DNA from: Octopus sinensis
Taxonomy: Eukaryota
DNA length: 64,000 nucleotides
Direction of reading: 5' to 3'
NCBI RefSeq assembly: GCF_006345805.1
Contig: NC_043000.1
Coordinates: 59,210,001-59,274,000, forward strand
The position numbers were made by a program, and so were the translations under genes. Under the pieces are notes generated by a model. It was not told where the DNA came from. It did no database searches and saw only the letters and a program-made list of their open reading frames with translations. Below, piece after piece: positions 40,341 through 61,742 of this stretch. Position 1 is the stretch's first letter. Each line of letters opens with the position of its first letter.

Positions 40341-41940
40341 TAGATGACGTACCCGGTAATAGGATCTTATTTTTAGGAAATTCCAATAAGTTATTAATAC
40401 CATGGTGAATAAGTCACTAACGGATTTTCAGGAAAAAATTTGTTAAAAAAAGCTTCTTCTCATGTAAAATTCGTACCCAAAAGTTTTCAGAATTGCCGAT
40501 AAGGCCAGGGGAAAAAAACTTTCAATTTAGTTGTATTTAACACAATTTCACTTACTTATAATCAGATTTTATTAAATTTTCATTAAATAAAAATAATTTC
40601 TGTCTAACAGGTATCACATTGAAAGCTATTAAATTACAAAGTGTTTGTGTTGTTTATAATAAACTTTATTTTACATTTCTTGCCCACAAGAGATTATGTC
40701 AGATCTTTAGCATACTGCTGTATGTCTTCTGAAATCACGATCACAGGAAAAGTTGTTGATAATTCTTATCAACAAACACAAAGCTGATAAATATGCACAA
40801 GTGTTACAAATTAAGTTTAATTACAAATAAACATCAGCTTGGATGACACTTTACTCAACCGACAGAGGAAGGTGACCGATCAAACTGATTATGTAAACAG
40901 AATTCTGATTGGTCGAAAGCGTCTTCTTGTCGCATGTTCTGGTTTTCCGCCTATTCTTGTGGGAATCTTTGATATGGACTATCGAAATTTTATCCCTTTC
41001 ACACTTATACAATGTCAAGCAAACTTAAAAATGTGTCATTACCGTTATTATTAGTATGGGCAGAACTTATGAGTCGTTTACTGCGAAGGAGAAATTAAAT
41101 ATGTTGAATATGCATTTGAACGTGGCAATAGAACTGCCGGAAGACATGTTAATGTTAATAAAGCCAATGTTGGAAATTGGTGTTAACAGTACAACAAACT
41201 TAAATCTGTGCCTAGTAATAAACAGACAAAAATAAAATCATACAATCAAGGTTATTCATATCATTACATTTTTTCAGTCAAGAGTATCCATATTACTATG
41301 TATGTCAATGGTGCTCCATTGCGATAGGTAGAAACTCCAAGCAATGTAAAATCTGGCTCGGATCAGGATTACCAGCATGAACGTCAAACTACAAAAAGTA
41401 ATTAATCATTTAATGGTTTAAGTAAATTTATACGGAATAAGTAAACATTATACCGTCCGGCATAAATAAAAGTCAACTTCATTATATTTAAGCCGTTATT
41501 TAAATGAGTCAACTTCAGGTATGTTTACGTTTTGTACGTCTTTTTTCAATAAAAAAAAATTGTAAAAAATTCTGGAAACGATCTAATCATGTAATTTACG
41601 CACCTCTAAAGTTTATTTTTATTTTTGCCGCATACGTATTTATACAATGTAACCAATGGCAAGCGGTCACTAATGATGTTGCTTCTCTAATAAATGGAGG
41701 GAGAAATGACCAGTGTGCAAAAGGGAAAAATAAAGAAAAATGAATGGGTTATTTCCCCTTGGCCGTTAAAGGAAAATAGATGGATTATATGTGGATCCCT
41801 TCTAGGGGCTCTAGCCGTCCAATTATAATTTTTTTTATTAAACTGCAATAAGTCTAGTAACAAACTAGATGTTGGTTTAACATGTACAAAGTTTCACGAA
41901 GATTCGTTAACGGATGTAGATGGCAACTTGACACAAACAG
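40338..41940. mobile_element. Composite DNA-element remnant with a Brinker/pogo-like HTH fragment
   Basis: 41060-41180 reads SFTAKEKL...ERGNRTAGRH.NVNKANV.NW; right end is similar to 31950-32230. Confidence 0.45.
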
Positions 41941-41949
41941 ACACACACA

Positions 41950-41988
<39 letters not shown>

Positions 41989-41999
41989 AAATGTCGAAC

Positions 42000-42492
42000 G
42001 ATGAAAATGAGTGCTCAACACCACATTGATGGATAGAATTTCTTTAATTGTAAATTAAGGCTACCATTGGTTCCATGTAAAGTAGGGAAATAATATCCTA
42101 GAGTCTTAAAAATCATTTTTTCAAGCTGATCACATGGAGGAAAGGTGTTCGTATCCATCTTGGAAAACATTCTCGTTGAATACATGAAGATTCTCGTGAA
42201 TAAAACAAGGAATCAAGGGAAGCTACTCCAAGATGACATCTTTTGAGTGTATGCATGTATGTATGTATATGTGTGTTTGTGTTTGTGTTTATCCACCCAT
42301 CACCGCTTGACAACCGGGTGCTGGTCTGTTTACGTCAACATGACTTAGCGGTTCGGCAAAAACGACCGGGAGAATATGTACTCGGCTTAAAAAATAAGTC
42401 TTTGGATCGATATGCTCGACTAAAATCCTTCAAGGCGGTGCCCCAACATGGCCACAGTCAAATGACTGAAACAAGAAGGTAAAATATAACAG

Positions 42493-42556
<64 letters not shown>

Positions 42557-43500
42557 CATACAGTCATGTAATGAACAAGCAATGCATTATGTTTATCAGA
42601 TTTTCTATCTCTACTTGAACTCAAAGTTATAGTTACTGAATGGACTTACCCCAGCATAAAATATAGTATCCAATTAATCTTTTTGGTATTTTAAATGTTG
42701 CCGATAGCAAGCGACAAAGATATAAACCTTCAACGAACATACAAAAATAATTTGTGCTTCGGAAGTAACTTGACATAAAATATAAAATTCTGCAACCAAC
42801 CTAAAAATGAAAAACAGATATGACATTTAAATATAAAATAATATCGATTTTTTTTCATGCCGGCTTTACCATTTTTTTCTAATATATACTAAATAATTTT
42901 CTCAGATTTTGATGGCAACATTATTTTCTATAATATTTTACAAATGTCTGAAATTCCTAGGTAGTTTACAGTTCAATGATGAAGTAATATAACCTGAAAA
43001 TTCAATAACATTTTATTGGAAACATACTTTCTTTTTTAACCAAAGATACTTCTATATTCTTAGAAAGGTGTGTCACTTCCTACGTAAACTTCTGAGGTTG
43101 GCTGGGTTGGTGCTTATCAATGGTTTATGTTACATTGAATGGATTAGATGCAAATTTTTCCGGGGTTTTAACTTTTGAACATATCACTGCAGGTTAATGA
43201 CACAATTATTTACATGGCTTGGTGCTCAGAAGCTCGCGTGGCATACATGTGAATCAAGAAAGCCTCATACAGTGGCTAATCTGCTAAAATGCTGTTTTTA
43301 AATGTATATCTGCTCTGACCGACCCATTTTATTAATACATATACTGTATAGGGTATATAACCGAATGCTAAAGCTATATAGTTAACATAGCGAACCCCAA
43401 AATTTATTTGGTAGTAGGTTCATGACAGGCGATTCATTTATGAAGTCAGGGAAAATCATTCTGATAGAATCCATCTATCTCTAAGTCTACATTAGCTTTG
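42000..43500 (+). pseudogene. Decayed paramyxo-like fusion (F) EVE, copy F2 (SINE tail and TA tract inserted at 42245-42555)
   Basis: FDGNI (cf. FGGN); VSLPT*TSEV (43070, cf. IAYPTLSEI); CIGYITEC*SYIVNIANPKIYLVVG (43345, cf. Sendai [27 protein letters not shown]). Confidence 0.55.
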
Positions 43501-43504
43501 TTAA

Positions 43505-44215
<711 letters not shown>

Positions 44216-44242
44216 ATATATATATATATATATATATACGTA

Positions 44243-44644
44243 CTAGGCACGTGCCATGAAGGTAGGCAAGGTGGCAGTGCCTACCTTGAAGAAAAGAAAT
44301 CGATAACAAAAGTTTCCTTTTATGGAAAAATATGTACCTAATTTAATAAAATTTTGAAGATTACTCTGATTACTATGCATAAAATGCAAAATATTTTTTT
44401 TGTAGATTAGGTAGGCATAATTCGTCCCTGCCTTTCAATCTCAGTACTTATGTTACGCATAGTAATGCTGTAGTACACGTGCTGCGCACACTCATACAAC
44501 ACCATTTTCTTTACATGCTATAAAGGCAGAAGTAATTCTGCTTTCAACTCAGTCACACGCCTATGTTTTGCTTATTTTTTTGAGTTTTACTACATAAAAG
44601 TCGCCAACTGCCTACCCTGAGTAATTACTGATGGCACGTGCCTC
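44243..44644. mobile_element. TIR MITE (hAT-like)
   Basis: aggcacgtgccat...atggcacgtgcct termini. Confidence 0.75.
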
Positions 44645-44665
44645 ATACATACATACATACATACA

Positions 44666-44696
<31 letters not shown>

Positions 44697-44898
44697 GTCA
44701 TTATTCAGTTTTATTTCAATATTTCATGCCAATAGAAAAAGAGCCGGTTTCTAACCTAGATTCAAGGCTCCTTCATTGGAATTTCAGCAACATCAATAGG
44801 GTATTTCTGCATGTATGTATATATGTAGATTTGTATGTTTTGTTTTATGTATGTATTCTCATGTATATAGTTGCATGTCTAGACATGCTCATATATAC

Positions 44899-46000
44899 TT
44901 AAATGATAAACTTCTGGAAAGTTTTAAAGATTATTACAATTCCAGTGATGTATGTATATAAAGCGTTCATCAAATACACAGTGGACAGGTAAACAGCTAG
45001 AGAAACGAGTATCATGTTTTGGTTATTGAGCATCGATTCGGTCAACTGTGCCTTTAGTTGTAACAGGTTATTCTTCGACGTACGTCCGTGATCTATTAGG
45101 CCGCTGCTAATCATGGGTATTAATCAGATGAGACAAACTTTTTTCAAATCGGATAATTTGAATATTATTGAGAAGTTATCAATAAAGACTGGGGTTAGAC
45201 AAGTGATATAGGAACAAACATTGCAAATGATACTGGGCGCTGTTCTTGAATAACGAAAGAAATTAAACCAATTTGGTTCCCTTTTAAATGCTTTATGTGA
45301 TTAAGACTATTTAAAGTGGGCACCAGTTCGAGCTTGACTATTCAGTTTAAAAAAGCTTCTGTGCTAATAAATCGAGCACAAACATCGTATTGTAAACTCA
45401 GTAACACAACGATGTATGTAATATTTTGCCGAACTTAGAATTGAACTCTGTATTGCAAGTCAATGAAAAAGTAATTTATTTTACAGTGTTATCATTGCTT
45501 CCAGTGATGAGTTCAAAGATAAAGAAGCAGAAGAAAAAGTTCAGTTATCTAGAAGACGCGATCAATTCCTTTATAGTATTTGCAAGAACTTCTGTCATAC
45601 TTCACATCAAGGATAATGATATGAATATCATATGTGATAGACTGCAAGCTAGTTAGGAGAGGAAGAAATGGAAATTGTTGCTCAGAATATGTATAAATAC
45701 TTGCAACCAATATGATTAATATGATTTGCTCGGATAAAAATGAGTATAAAAATAATCTGTAAGAAATTCGTAGGAAATAGATAAAATACTGGTTTGTAGC
45801 TTACTGTGTTTTTATGAAGCAAAGTATCTTCTGGAGCATTTAGAAACTGGTCGTGATGAACTAAGATAGTCCACAGAATCTGAAAGATTGCTGTGAAGAT
45901 AAATGATACAGTAAGACAGACATGGAGTCGTATTCGATGCTGCATCCTCAGAAGCCTGCGAACAAAATCAATGGCAATATTATTTTAACTGGTAAACGAG
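44899..46000 (-). pseudogene. Possible decayed L EVE, copy L4: end of capping domain and connector
   Basis: IIYLHSN (cf. VLHLHV); YHLSNPSLY (45182-45208, cf. NALSHPKIY); AVYLSTVY...ITGI (ORF 44899-45114, cf. CVLADLY...IRGL). Confidence 0.4.
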
Positions 46001-47339
46001 TAAAACAGAAAGAAGATACATAATAGATACTTAGTTCTCATAGGCCATTTAGCTACTGTAAAATTTATGACTAAATACATTAACATTTACTACGAACAGT
46101 ATGTTTGTGTGTGAAATAAAACTTAGTTGGCACGAAACAAAAGTAATGAAGGTGTGAAAACGTAACCATGAACACGCGCACACATTCCCTTGCGCAATCA
46201 CTTGCAAGAACACACAATTCGTGGTCATGTGTATAACTTTCTATTTATTTATCATTTTAACTTTATTCCCAGAAATTCCACATACATATCTCCACTATTA
46301 ACATTAGTAATTTACTTTGTTTCTTAATCTCCTCTCATACTTTTTGTTCATTTTTTCCCTTTTTTTAAAAATTTCTCTCTTTTTTAAAAAATATATTTTC
46401 CTCCTATTCATCGATTTCACCAGCCTGGAAAGATCATAGGCTCCACCCTGTTTCTTTTTGTTAATTACTTCAACAACTTTTCTGGCCTCCTTTTATAGCT
46501 TATTATTTGTTTAACTCACACTTTTTTTCCAGAGATAAAATAAGCATCATTTATCGACTATATCCTTCATTTAAATTTTTATTTTGTATGTCTACAAGAC
46601 TACATATTACCGACCAGTTATTTAATGATTTTTTTTTCTTTGCAAGTTCTTTGTTTAGTTTATGTACATAAACACTTCATGAACATGGTTTAATCTAGAA
46701 AACTCACTTCAGATCCTCGCAGTATATTTTTTAGAGTAGTCTCAAAATGAATTTCTTATAGCTGGATTGATGTCTTAAAAATATTCTGTCATTGCATAGA
46801 AAAATGATCTATTGTAAAATTGCAGCTGATCTATTGTAAAATTGCAGCTGATCTATTGTAAAATTGCACCAGCTGTATTGTTAGTCCTGATCGAGTTGAC
46901 CTTTAATTAGAGGTGTTTCAATCGTAACTATTCCAACTTCTTGTATATCAAGAACTACATTGTCCAGTGTATCCTTTTTTCTTTAAGATGATTATCGTTT
47001 ATTTCTAGCAGGTTGGGTAACCACGTACAGATTTCCACGTAACCTCGTACCAGTTCCGTGATTTGGTATGGGCAAGTACTGGGAAAATAAAACTGATGAA
47101 ACGAGCGATATGACAGTGACTTTAAACAGTTTTCTTACAACTGCAGTGTCCTGATAAATGTAGTCAAATGAAGTTTTGACTATGAGTTCAGCTCAACGTT
47201 TTGAGCTCGCAAAGCACGGTACTTTTATTAATTTCGACGATGGAATGTATTTACTAACAGTATCTATTTAATTAGTTTAACTATTAAAAATTTAGTATGT
47301 TTGCTTGATACACAGTAAAAAACGAGCGCCTTGGCTATT

Positions 47340-47855
47340 GACAACGTTGTCAACACAACGACCTAGATATGCAAAGAACTCAGTCAATCTTAGCATTGTC
47401 GAAGATTCGAAAACCTAAATGCTAGATATTTGGTCAGACACCACGAGAAAACCATCTCAATTTCGCGTGATTGGTCTATTAATCGACCAGTTAGCGTGAG
47501 GCTGTGGCATGATATAGTTTTCTAGAATGTTCTTCTCATACCCTATAAAAGACCGTTTTGCCGCTAAATTAACCGCAGGGTGTTGAAGGCGGCTGAGCGA
47601 CACGCGTTTCCACTCTTGCCATAGACATTTGCGCAGACATTTCCAAGTTCTCGGACAGACCCAACTGAACGTTCACGCAATGTCTCATAAGTAACTTCTA
47701 CGGACGCGGCGCATTATTTCTCTCTATCCCAGTCAGCAAATATTTATGTTCTTCATTGTAAATAGCCAACACCAAATATCTTTATGACCGGCAATAAATA
47801 TTTTAGCCCTCAAGTGTGCTTAAGTTATTATGCACGCAGCCAACGAAATACAGCG
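47340..47855 (+). mobile_element. Probable solo LTR related to 2398-2922
   Basis: Shared core; TATA-like ctataaaa (47543) and aataaa (47793). Confidence 0.45.
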
Positions 47856-47869
47856 TGGGGCAGAGATGA

Positions 47870-48250
47870 CGGACGTTTTTGAAAAATTCACAGAATCATT
47901 AATTTTAGCTGCAAACAAACTTTATTGACATCAGTGTGTTCGTATTGAATTAGCATTTGTCAAAATTAAGTGAGGAAAACAATATCTAATATGTGGTGTC
48001 CGTTTTCATTGATGCATTTCTGAAGGCGTGCTTGGAAGTTGGCCTCCACTCTCTCCAGCATTGCTCCGTTGATTTGGGTGACTTCTATGCGAATAGCCTG
48101 CTTCAAATCGTCCAATGTACGAACGTGCCTTAAAGTTTCTCTACAAGAAATAATTACACATGGACAAATCAGGGGACGAAGGGGCCAAGGAATGTCAGCA
48201 AACCTAGAAATAAGGCAGTCACCGAAGAGAGGGCTAAGAACGTCCATTGA
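47870..48250 (-). mobile_element. Tc1/mariner transposase C-terminal remnant
   Basis: ORF 47966-48247: DIPWP.R...TLDDLKQAI...NFQARLQKCINENGHH. Confidence 0.85.
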
Positions 48251-49129
48251 TGCGCTACTATATACATTAAATAAGTTAATACTAACGTTCGCAAATTTTA
48301 GTTAGCAGTTCTTTGAATTGAAATCTATTTCCTCGCAATAATTTGCTATTTCGCTGACAAATTTGACACTTTATATCGTTTTCATACTTCAAGTCTAAAA
48401 TTTTGAAATCGCAAAGGACAATATGGCTCAATGTCTTATACTGTTATTTTCATGTTTTGCGATCATATATAGACACTTATATATGCTGAATATTAGTCTA
48501 CACCATAAATACAACTGAAACGTTTTAGAAATGGTTGTATAAAAAAAATTGTAGGACAGAATGCTCACTATCAAATGAAATTTTATTTCTTTTTCCCATA
48601 CTCACGTTTCTGTCTGCCTGTTTATTTCTACCTGTCAGTCTGTTTGTCTCTCTGTCTCTATCTGTTTTCTCTCTCTCTCTCTCTTTCTATCTCACTCCCC
48701 CTCTCTCTTTCTCTATTTCTCTCCACTTGTCAGTCTGTCTGTCTGCTTCTCTGACTGACTGTCTTTCTCTGTCTCTCTCTTTCGGAATATTCATTCGTTA
48801 TGAAAATCGAAAATTAAAGTCTTTCTATTTTTGATATCTCCATAATTCTACAAGTCGTTAAGTCCGAACTGAAGATTAATTAGTGCATTTATATTCAATA
48901 GGTTGGATCTAGATGTTTTCGATGACAGAAGTTCAGTTTTCGACTTTAGTTTTATTATTTTAATCGTTACTATAATTTTGGATCTTAACTTCTTTACCAC
49001 TTTCCGATTTCATCATAAGCAAACAGGTAAACGAGACTAATTGCCTAAATTGAACGGATTAAACAATTATAGTCAGATTTAACAAAATACAAGAAAGATC
49101 CTGCTAATGTAAATATCCATCCATCCATC

Positions 49130-49785
49130 CATCTTTTCCGCCTGCTATTCTTGGGAGGATCGTAGGGCTAGAGTCCTCAGGCACCTCCTCTATAGGGTCC
49201 TATCAGAAGCAACTGTGATGACACATTCTGGCTGGATTTCCAAGCGTAACCAACTGAAATCATGGATTTATTCAACCATCTCGTTCTTGGTCTATCCTAA
49301 GTTTCCTGCTTATTCTCTCCCCTTGAAGAATCCGTATCGCGATTCTTTCCTCCGACATTCTAAGCATACGCCCGTAGTATCAGAGCTATGATCTCTCAAT
49401 GTGGAGAAATAGCAACTGGGGAGACTTCCTGATCTCCGAGCTATGTACTCTGTCGAGTAACTTTATTCCAGAGATCCTTCAGAGAAACCTCATTCCGACC
49501 GCTTGTATTCGCGATCATACATTTTCCGTCATTATCCAACACCCATGACAATAGGTGAGCGTAGGCAAAAAACCGAACTGAAGATAGCAAATTTGGCTTT
49601 TTCTACCAACGTCTCCTCTTTTGAGGATCGAATGCAGGAGCTGGCGTTTTACCGTGCCAGCATCTGCAATTTTAGCATCCAATTTAGCCTCTTGCCTTCC
49701 ATTACTCGTGAATGCGGCCCCGATGTACTTAAACTTCTCCACTCGTCTCAGTGATGTTCCACTAACAAACAAAATTCCCTGGGAA
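49130..49785 (-). mobile_element. RTE-like LINE 3' fragment
   Basis: VEKFKYIG...LTYCHGCW (ORF 49515-49772); (GGAT)n tail at ~49115-49132. Confidence 0.7.
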
Positions 49786-50787
49786 GACTTTTCGTGAGTG
49801 TTGATATTTCATGAAAGAAAATGATATAAAATTACTAGTGAGTAAAGATTGACAGCAACGCTGTCATACTGCATTAATGAAGAAGGTTATAAGAATACGC
49901 ACCGAAAGTACAGAAATATGAAGCAAGCTGGAATCAGCAACATGGCACTGATCAAGTTTGTTGCTACACTTGCGAAAACGATGACTCGATGCTTCTGGAA
50001 TACAGGAAATAAAAAATAATATTGAATTACTTGCAATGCTGAAAAGAAACTGGGAGTACATTACAACCCACACGATTCAAATTCAACGCGATCTTAACGC
50101 AACAATATTATATATTATACAAACACAGATGCTATTTATCAAAATGACACCAAACACGTTGCATATTTTCTGTACGGCAGATAGAAAAAACAAGTCAACA
50201 AAATATAACACTAGGAACAGCAAAGCAAACTCCAACAAACACTCCTATAAGTCAGTCAATGGTGTACATACAGTTCAGTGAAATGGAAGTGCATCTTGTG
50301 GTTGGTTCATTAGAAATTCACTTAAAACTGTTGAAAACATCATGATGACGAAGATGACAACGAGAACAACAACAACAATTGCTTATTAAGCCACAAGCTC
50401 GGGAAAAGATTTAATAAAGTACGATGAAAATTAATCAGGAGTTTACAAAGACCTATGGAAGGGACAAAAAATGTTATTCAAAGATGCGAGCGAAAGACGT
50501 TATACAATTAATGTGGGGACAGATGAAAATTTATAAAATACTAGTAATTCTACAAAAGTAAGAAAAAGTATAATAACACGCGATAACTAAAATGGAAAAT
50601 AAAACACGAAAAACATTTTGGGTTCTCACTTCCGCACGGGTGAGAAACCACTGGCTAAATCTGTTTGAAGCACCCAAATATCAGCTGGTTGAAGGTTTTC
50701 ATGCGAAAGGATGGTTCTGTGCTATTCTAGATCTCGCAAAAAAAAAAAAATATTATGAATAATACCAATTCAGTTTGTCCATGTACC

Positions 50788-56713
<5,926 letters not shown>

Positions 56714-57236
56714 ATATCCACGCTAGAAACATTTAAAATATTGTTTTCAAAGTTCGGCACACGACGAGCAATTTCAGGACAGGGGCTTAATGGTTTAAAT
56801 CAAACCCCGCAATCAACTGGTACCAGAGCTGTAACCACTCAATGCCGAGAAGTATCTCCCCTTCTCCCTAGCTCTCCTATGTGACTCTTCTGTCCGGCAT
56901 TCGCCATGGTAGATCGCTAGCCACTATACATTCTTTATTTTCTCTCCTTGTTTCTTTTTATGTTCCTTTCTGTGGAAGAGCGTAGGCTCGAAACGTTAAA
57001 AAACCTTTTCACTTTCCGAGCGTTATACTAATACATCTGTTTGTTGTCTACAGCACCCGTCTTTGTCTTTTGTTTTTTTTTGTGAATTCTTTCCCTATGT
57101 ATATATATATATATAGATGTATATGCATGCATATGTGTATATGCATATATATAGATATATATAGATTTACATGTATATATATAGATCTATATGTATATAT
57201 ATACATATATATGAATAAAACATACATACATATATA

Positions 57237-57334
<98 letters not shown>

Positions 57335-57349
57335 CACACACACACACAC

Positions 57350-57396
<47 letters not shown>

Positions 57397-57535
57397 CAGG
57401 ATTAATCAGCCGAAATTTGCTATGATGATCCGGTTCCTGACTGAAGATTAAAGGCTTCGAATGACCCGTCCGTTTTTTGTGTTCGTCTCTTTGTGTATTT
57501 CACGTTCTTGTCCCTATTTATATATAATTTTTATG

Positions 57536-57605
<70 letters not shown>

Positions 57606-57639
57606 ATATATATAGATATATATAATATATATATATACA

Positions 57640-58470
57640 TCTGTGGTTGGAAAGGTACTTGCCCGCATTTTGTTAGAATGTTTAAATACCTTCATAATCT
57701 GAGTCTTAGTGTGGTTTTCGCTCATCCAGTGGCATAGCTGATTGTATCTTTACTATCAGACAATTGCAAGAAAAGTGCATTGAACAGAGTCTTGCCCTAT
57801 ACCATTGCTTTGTTGATTTGAGCAAGGCATTCGATGCTGTTAATCGAAATGCTCTATGGCTATTCTAATGAGAATAGGTTGCCCCCCCAAAATTTGTAAA
57901 CATGATCAGAGCTGTGCATCAGGATATGAAAGCTAGAGATAATTTTGGTGGTAGGTTCTCTGAATCATTTGCCGTGGAAAATGGAGTAAAGCAAGTAGGC
58001 CTTGATGCACCCACCCTCTTTGCAATATACTTTGGTGTTGTGATGTCACACGCTTTTCAAAACTCTGAGAAGGGTATTTACATAAAATATCGAACAACAG
58101 GGTATGTTTTTAATCTGGTTTTTACTTCACTCAAGGTTTTTACTTCACTCATTAGGGAACCTTTATACGCTGACGATTGCAATCTTGCCAGTCATTCTAA
58201 AACAGGTCTGCAATCTCTTGTATCTGTGATGATTTTGGCTTGACCATCAACTTGAAAAAAAAAATGTAATGCATCAACCTGCGTGTGGTGCTGTTTGTAA
58301 CCCCACTAAAATTTTTAAGGGTAAGTTACTTCAGGTTGTTGATTCATTCATCTACCTTGGAAGCTCTGTACAAAATGATGAATATCTGGATACAGAAATA
58401 CATCTGTGAATTCAAAGGGCAGAAAAAGCATTTGGTGGCTTCGTGACACGCGTTTGGCACCAGCAACATA
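57640..58470 (+). mobile_element. RTE LINE reverse transcriptase fragment
   Basis: CGFR, RQLQEKC.EQ, FVDLSKAFDAVNR, GVKQ, APTLF, LYADD. Confidence 0.9.
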
Positions 58471-58523
58471 TAAATAACAATACAATACAATATATATATA
58501 AGAAATTAAAAAAGGAAAATACG

Positions 58524-58563
<40 letters not shown>

Positions 58564-58582
58564 ATATATATACTTATATATA

Positions 58583-58939
58583 TAACTTACAAAATAAGGG
58601 CAAAAGAAAAATTCTAATGCCAAGTATGCCGAAAAAAAGACAAAATTGTCAATAACCATTATATCGCTGAAGAGGGGAAAATTCTTATGAATTAACCCCG
58701 AAATTGGGACCAATACGGTAATAACGGATTTTTTAGAAATTTCTGTCGTTTGTTTCGAGACGCATAAATTATAATGGTTATTGACAATTTTGTATTTTTT
58801 TCGGCATATTTGGCATTAGAATTTTTCTTTTGCCCTTATTTTGTAAGTTATTTATAAATTTAACCTTTAAAGGTATTTTTTGATATGCTGGCCATTGATA
58901 GAATTTTTTTTCGAAAACAATTTTATCCTACATTAGTTG

Positions 58940-58942
<3 letters not shown>
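58583..58942. mobile_element. Inverted-repeat element related to 8884-9265
   Basis: agggcaaaagaaaaattctaatgccaa arm and its inverse; same 3' tail. Confidence 0.75.
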
Positions 58943-59026
<84 letters not shown>

Positions 59027-59299
59027 TGTGTATATAAATGTATGTATGTATATATATATATATGTATATATATATGTGTATATATGTATATATATATATG
59101 TGTATATATGTATATATATATATATATTTTATATATATATTATTAAGACGACTTATCGGTTGCATACGATTTTTTTTCACTTTAAGTAAATTCCCAGATA
59201 AACGTCTCTAATAGAAAGACGGACGACACCAGAAGCAAAAATAAGGAATATACACGCACAGTTAAATATAGAAGTGTAAAGTATAATCTGTTACATAAA

Positions 59300-61688
59300 T
59301 CTCTATAATAAGTATGGTATTGAATGGAGTAAGTCCTCGTCTGAACTTTTTTAATTACATATACGTGTGTGTGTGTGTGGTGTGTGTGTGTGTGTGTGTG
59401 TATGGTAGAAATCTACGGATGCACACACGCACAAAATGGAGAAAATGAAACAAATATGGACGACTTGTTCCGAAACATCCCCGTGTGGGGAACAGTTCTC
59501 AAAAATAACCCCCAATTGTTTTTCCCACTAAATTCCTTTATCCTCGGAATCTACATAGTTCGAAATTCCCCCTACCCGTCCTAAAACACTTTCCCCAACA
59601 GTTTTGTATATTCGGGATCTACATGATATAACACATATTCGTAGAAAATTTCATTAAAAATATATCCATTTTTCTGAAAGTTATGATCATCCAAATTCGG
59701 GGTGGGGGGCAGAAATCTGTAGTTATGCCAATTTGTCTACAATATCAAGGTCAGATAAAAGAATGTCTCTGTCCAGGGAAAGAGAGATCGCTGCAGAAAG
59801 GGAAGCATGCCAAGAAATGAACAGACTGTGTACTACAAAATTCAGAGCGTCTCAAAGTGATGAACAGAGGTATGCACGACTGACAAGGAATAGGATCTCC
59901 ACTGCAGAACGAAGAATAGTTGCAACAGCTCAGAGAAGCAACTTCAATTATGATCCAGTAGTTCATTATGCAGATGACACTAGAGTTTCCATTGGTGCAA
60001 TGACAACTGAGTGCATACTTTGTAAAGCAAAGAAGTAGTCTGGAGAGACACCTGCACTGTGCTGCACTGGTGGAAAGATTAAACTCCTTGCAATCTCCCA
60101 ACCTCCAGAGCCATTGAAGAAACTGTTGTCATCAACCGACCAAGATTTCAAGCACTTCCAAAACAAAATTAGACACTACAATGCTGTACTACAGATGACA
60201 TCATTTGGAGCCACAAGAGATATAACTGAACCAGGTTTCATGCAAACTTTCAAGGTCCAAGGTCAGATTTATCATCGGATTGGCTCTCTACTACCTCTGT
60301 CAAATGAATCACCAAAATTCCTTCAAATATATTTCATGGGTGATTCTCAACAAGAAGGGCAAGAGAGGTGTAAGAACATTTCCGGCATCAGGATGAATCT
60401 TGTAGTGTCTCTACAAAAGATGCCGCATAACAACAACAACCTAATCAGAAGCTTCAAGACCATTTGAAACAACTCCACCTGACTCCATGGATTACAAAGT
60501 AGTTATCAGATCAGACAAGAAACCATCTGATCAACATAGAGGAAGCTAACAGAGACAGCACACTGACAGACGCAGTCCAACTACAAATGAAAGCTTCCCA
60601 AAATACTACACTCACAACATTCTTCAAGGTTTGTCAAGATGATTAATTTGCTACAAGACTGCTATACAATGAAGTTCCACAATTCTATACCTGGTACCAA
60701 AACAAACGGAAAAGATGTGCACTTGCAGCCCCCACACATCATCCGGGAATCAAGTAATCAGACACACTTGGCAGAGTCTATGTTGTTCATCGCAACTACT
60801 CAGAGTGCTACAATCTAAGGCTTCTATTACACCATATCAAGGGACCCACATCATTTACAGCTTTATGTACAGTTGATAACACAGTATGTCAAACATATCA
60901 CCAGGCTTGCCATCTCAGAAGTCTTCTGGAAGATGATGCATACTGGGATGCCACTCTGACAGAGGCACAAATGTGCAAGTCTCCTATGCAGCTGAGAAAC
61001 CTCTTCCCCATTATAGCAACATGATGGCTAAGAATGTCTTCATTCCAAGGATATCTCTCATCTCAAATGATTTCTCCTTGCAGTTCACGAGACTGCAGTT
61101 TCCTGTCAAACTTTGCAATGTCTATCAACAAAGCACAAGGTCAATCTCAAAAAGTGATGGGACTTCAACCTTGCTTCTCACATGGTCAGTTGTATGTTGG
61201 ATGTTCTAAAGTTGGAGATGAAAAGAGCCTCTTCATTCTCAGTGATAAACATGGCAAGACAGAAAACACAGTATATGAAGAAGCTCTTACATGAATAGTA
61301 GGTCCATGTCATATACGGAAGTGTAAAACCATTGAGTGTTAAAGTATTACTATTACACTTTCACTTTTTGCCTGACATGCATGTGTGTCTAAAAGTGAAA
61401 CGTGATATATTCGCTGTCTGTTTGTGTGTGTGTGTGTGTGTACTCGCCGCATGGCCTTTCATTGTTTATAATCTGTACCTGTTTTTTGGTTACGAAATAA
61501 GTTAGACAAACGTGTGTTTACTTTATAGACATATATGAGTTGGAAACTTTCTTTTCACATTTCACTTAACGTCTGTGTTCCATGTTGGCATGAGTTGCAG
61601 CTACTAGCAGCTGAGACCTGTGTAATCTAGACGGCGTTTTAAATTTCATTATTTTCTTTAACCCGGGCAACGCCCGATATTTCTGCTA

Positions 61689-61690
<2 letters not shown>
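59300..61690 (+). mobile_element. Internally deleted Helitron (Rep/helicase remnants)
   Basis: C..C...CC..GKI; IRHYN..LQMTSFG; FKVQGQIYHRIGSL; GPTSF; LLEDD..W; AMSINKAQGQS; FSHGQLYV; 3' hairpin and CTAG at ~61661-61690. 5' end approximate. Confidence 0.92.

Positions 61691-61742
<52 letters not shown>

Noticed and set aside
45090-45114. ISSGLI as an F-protein motif
   Set aside because: Isolated match; surrounding motifs fit the L connector better.
46806-46870. Short tandem repeats as CRISPR-like arrays (also 23222-23272 and 29666-30447)
   Set aside because: No unique spacers; eukaryotic context; simple slippage or SINE repeats.
49800-50400. Decayed coding-like stretch
   Set aside because: No convincing viral or TE motif series could be assigned.
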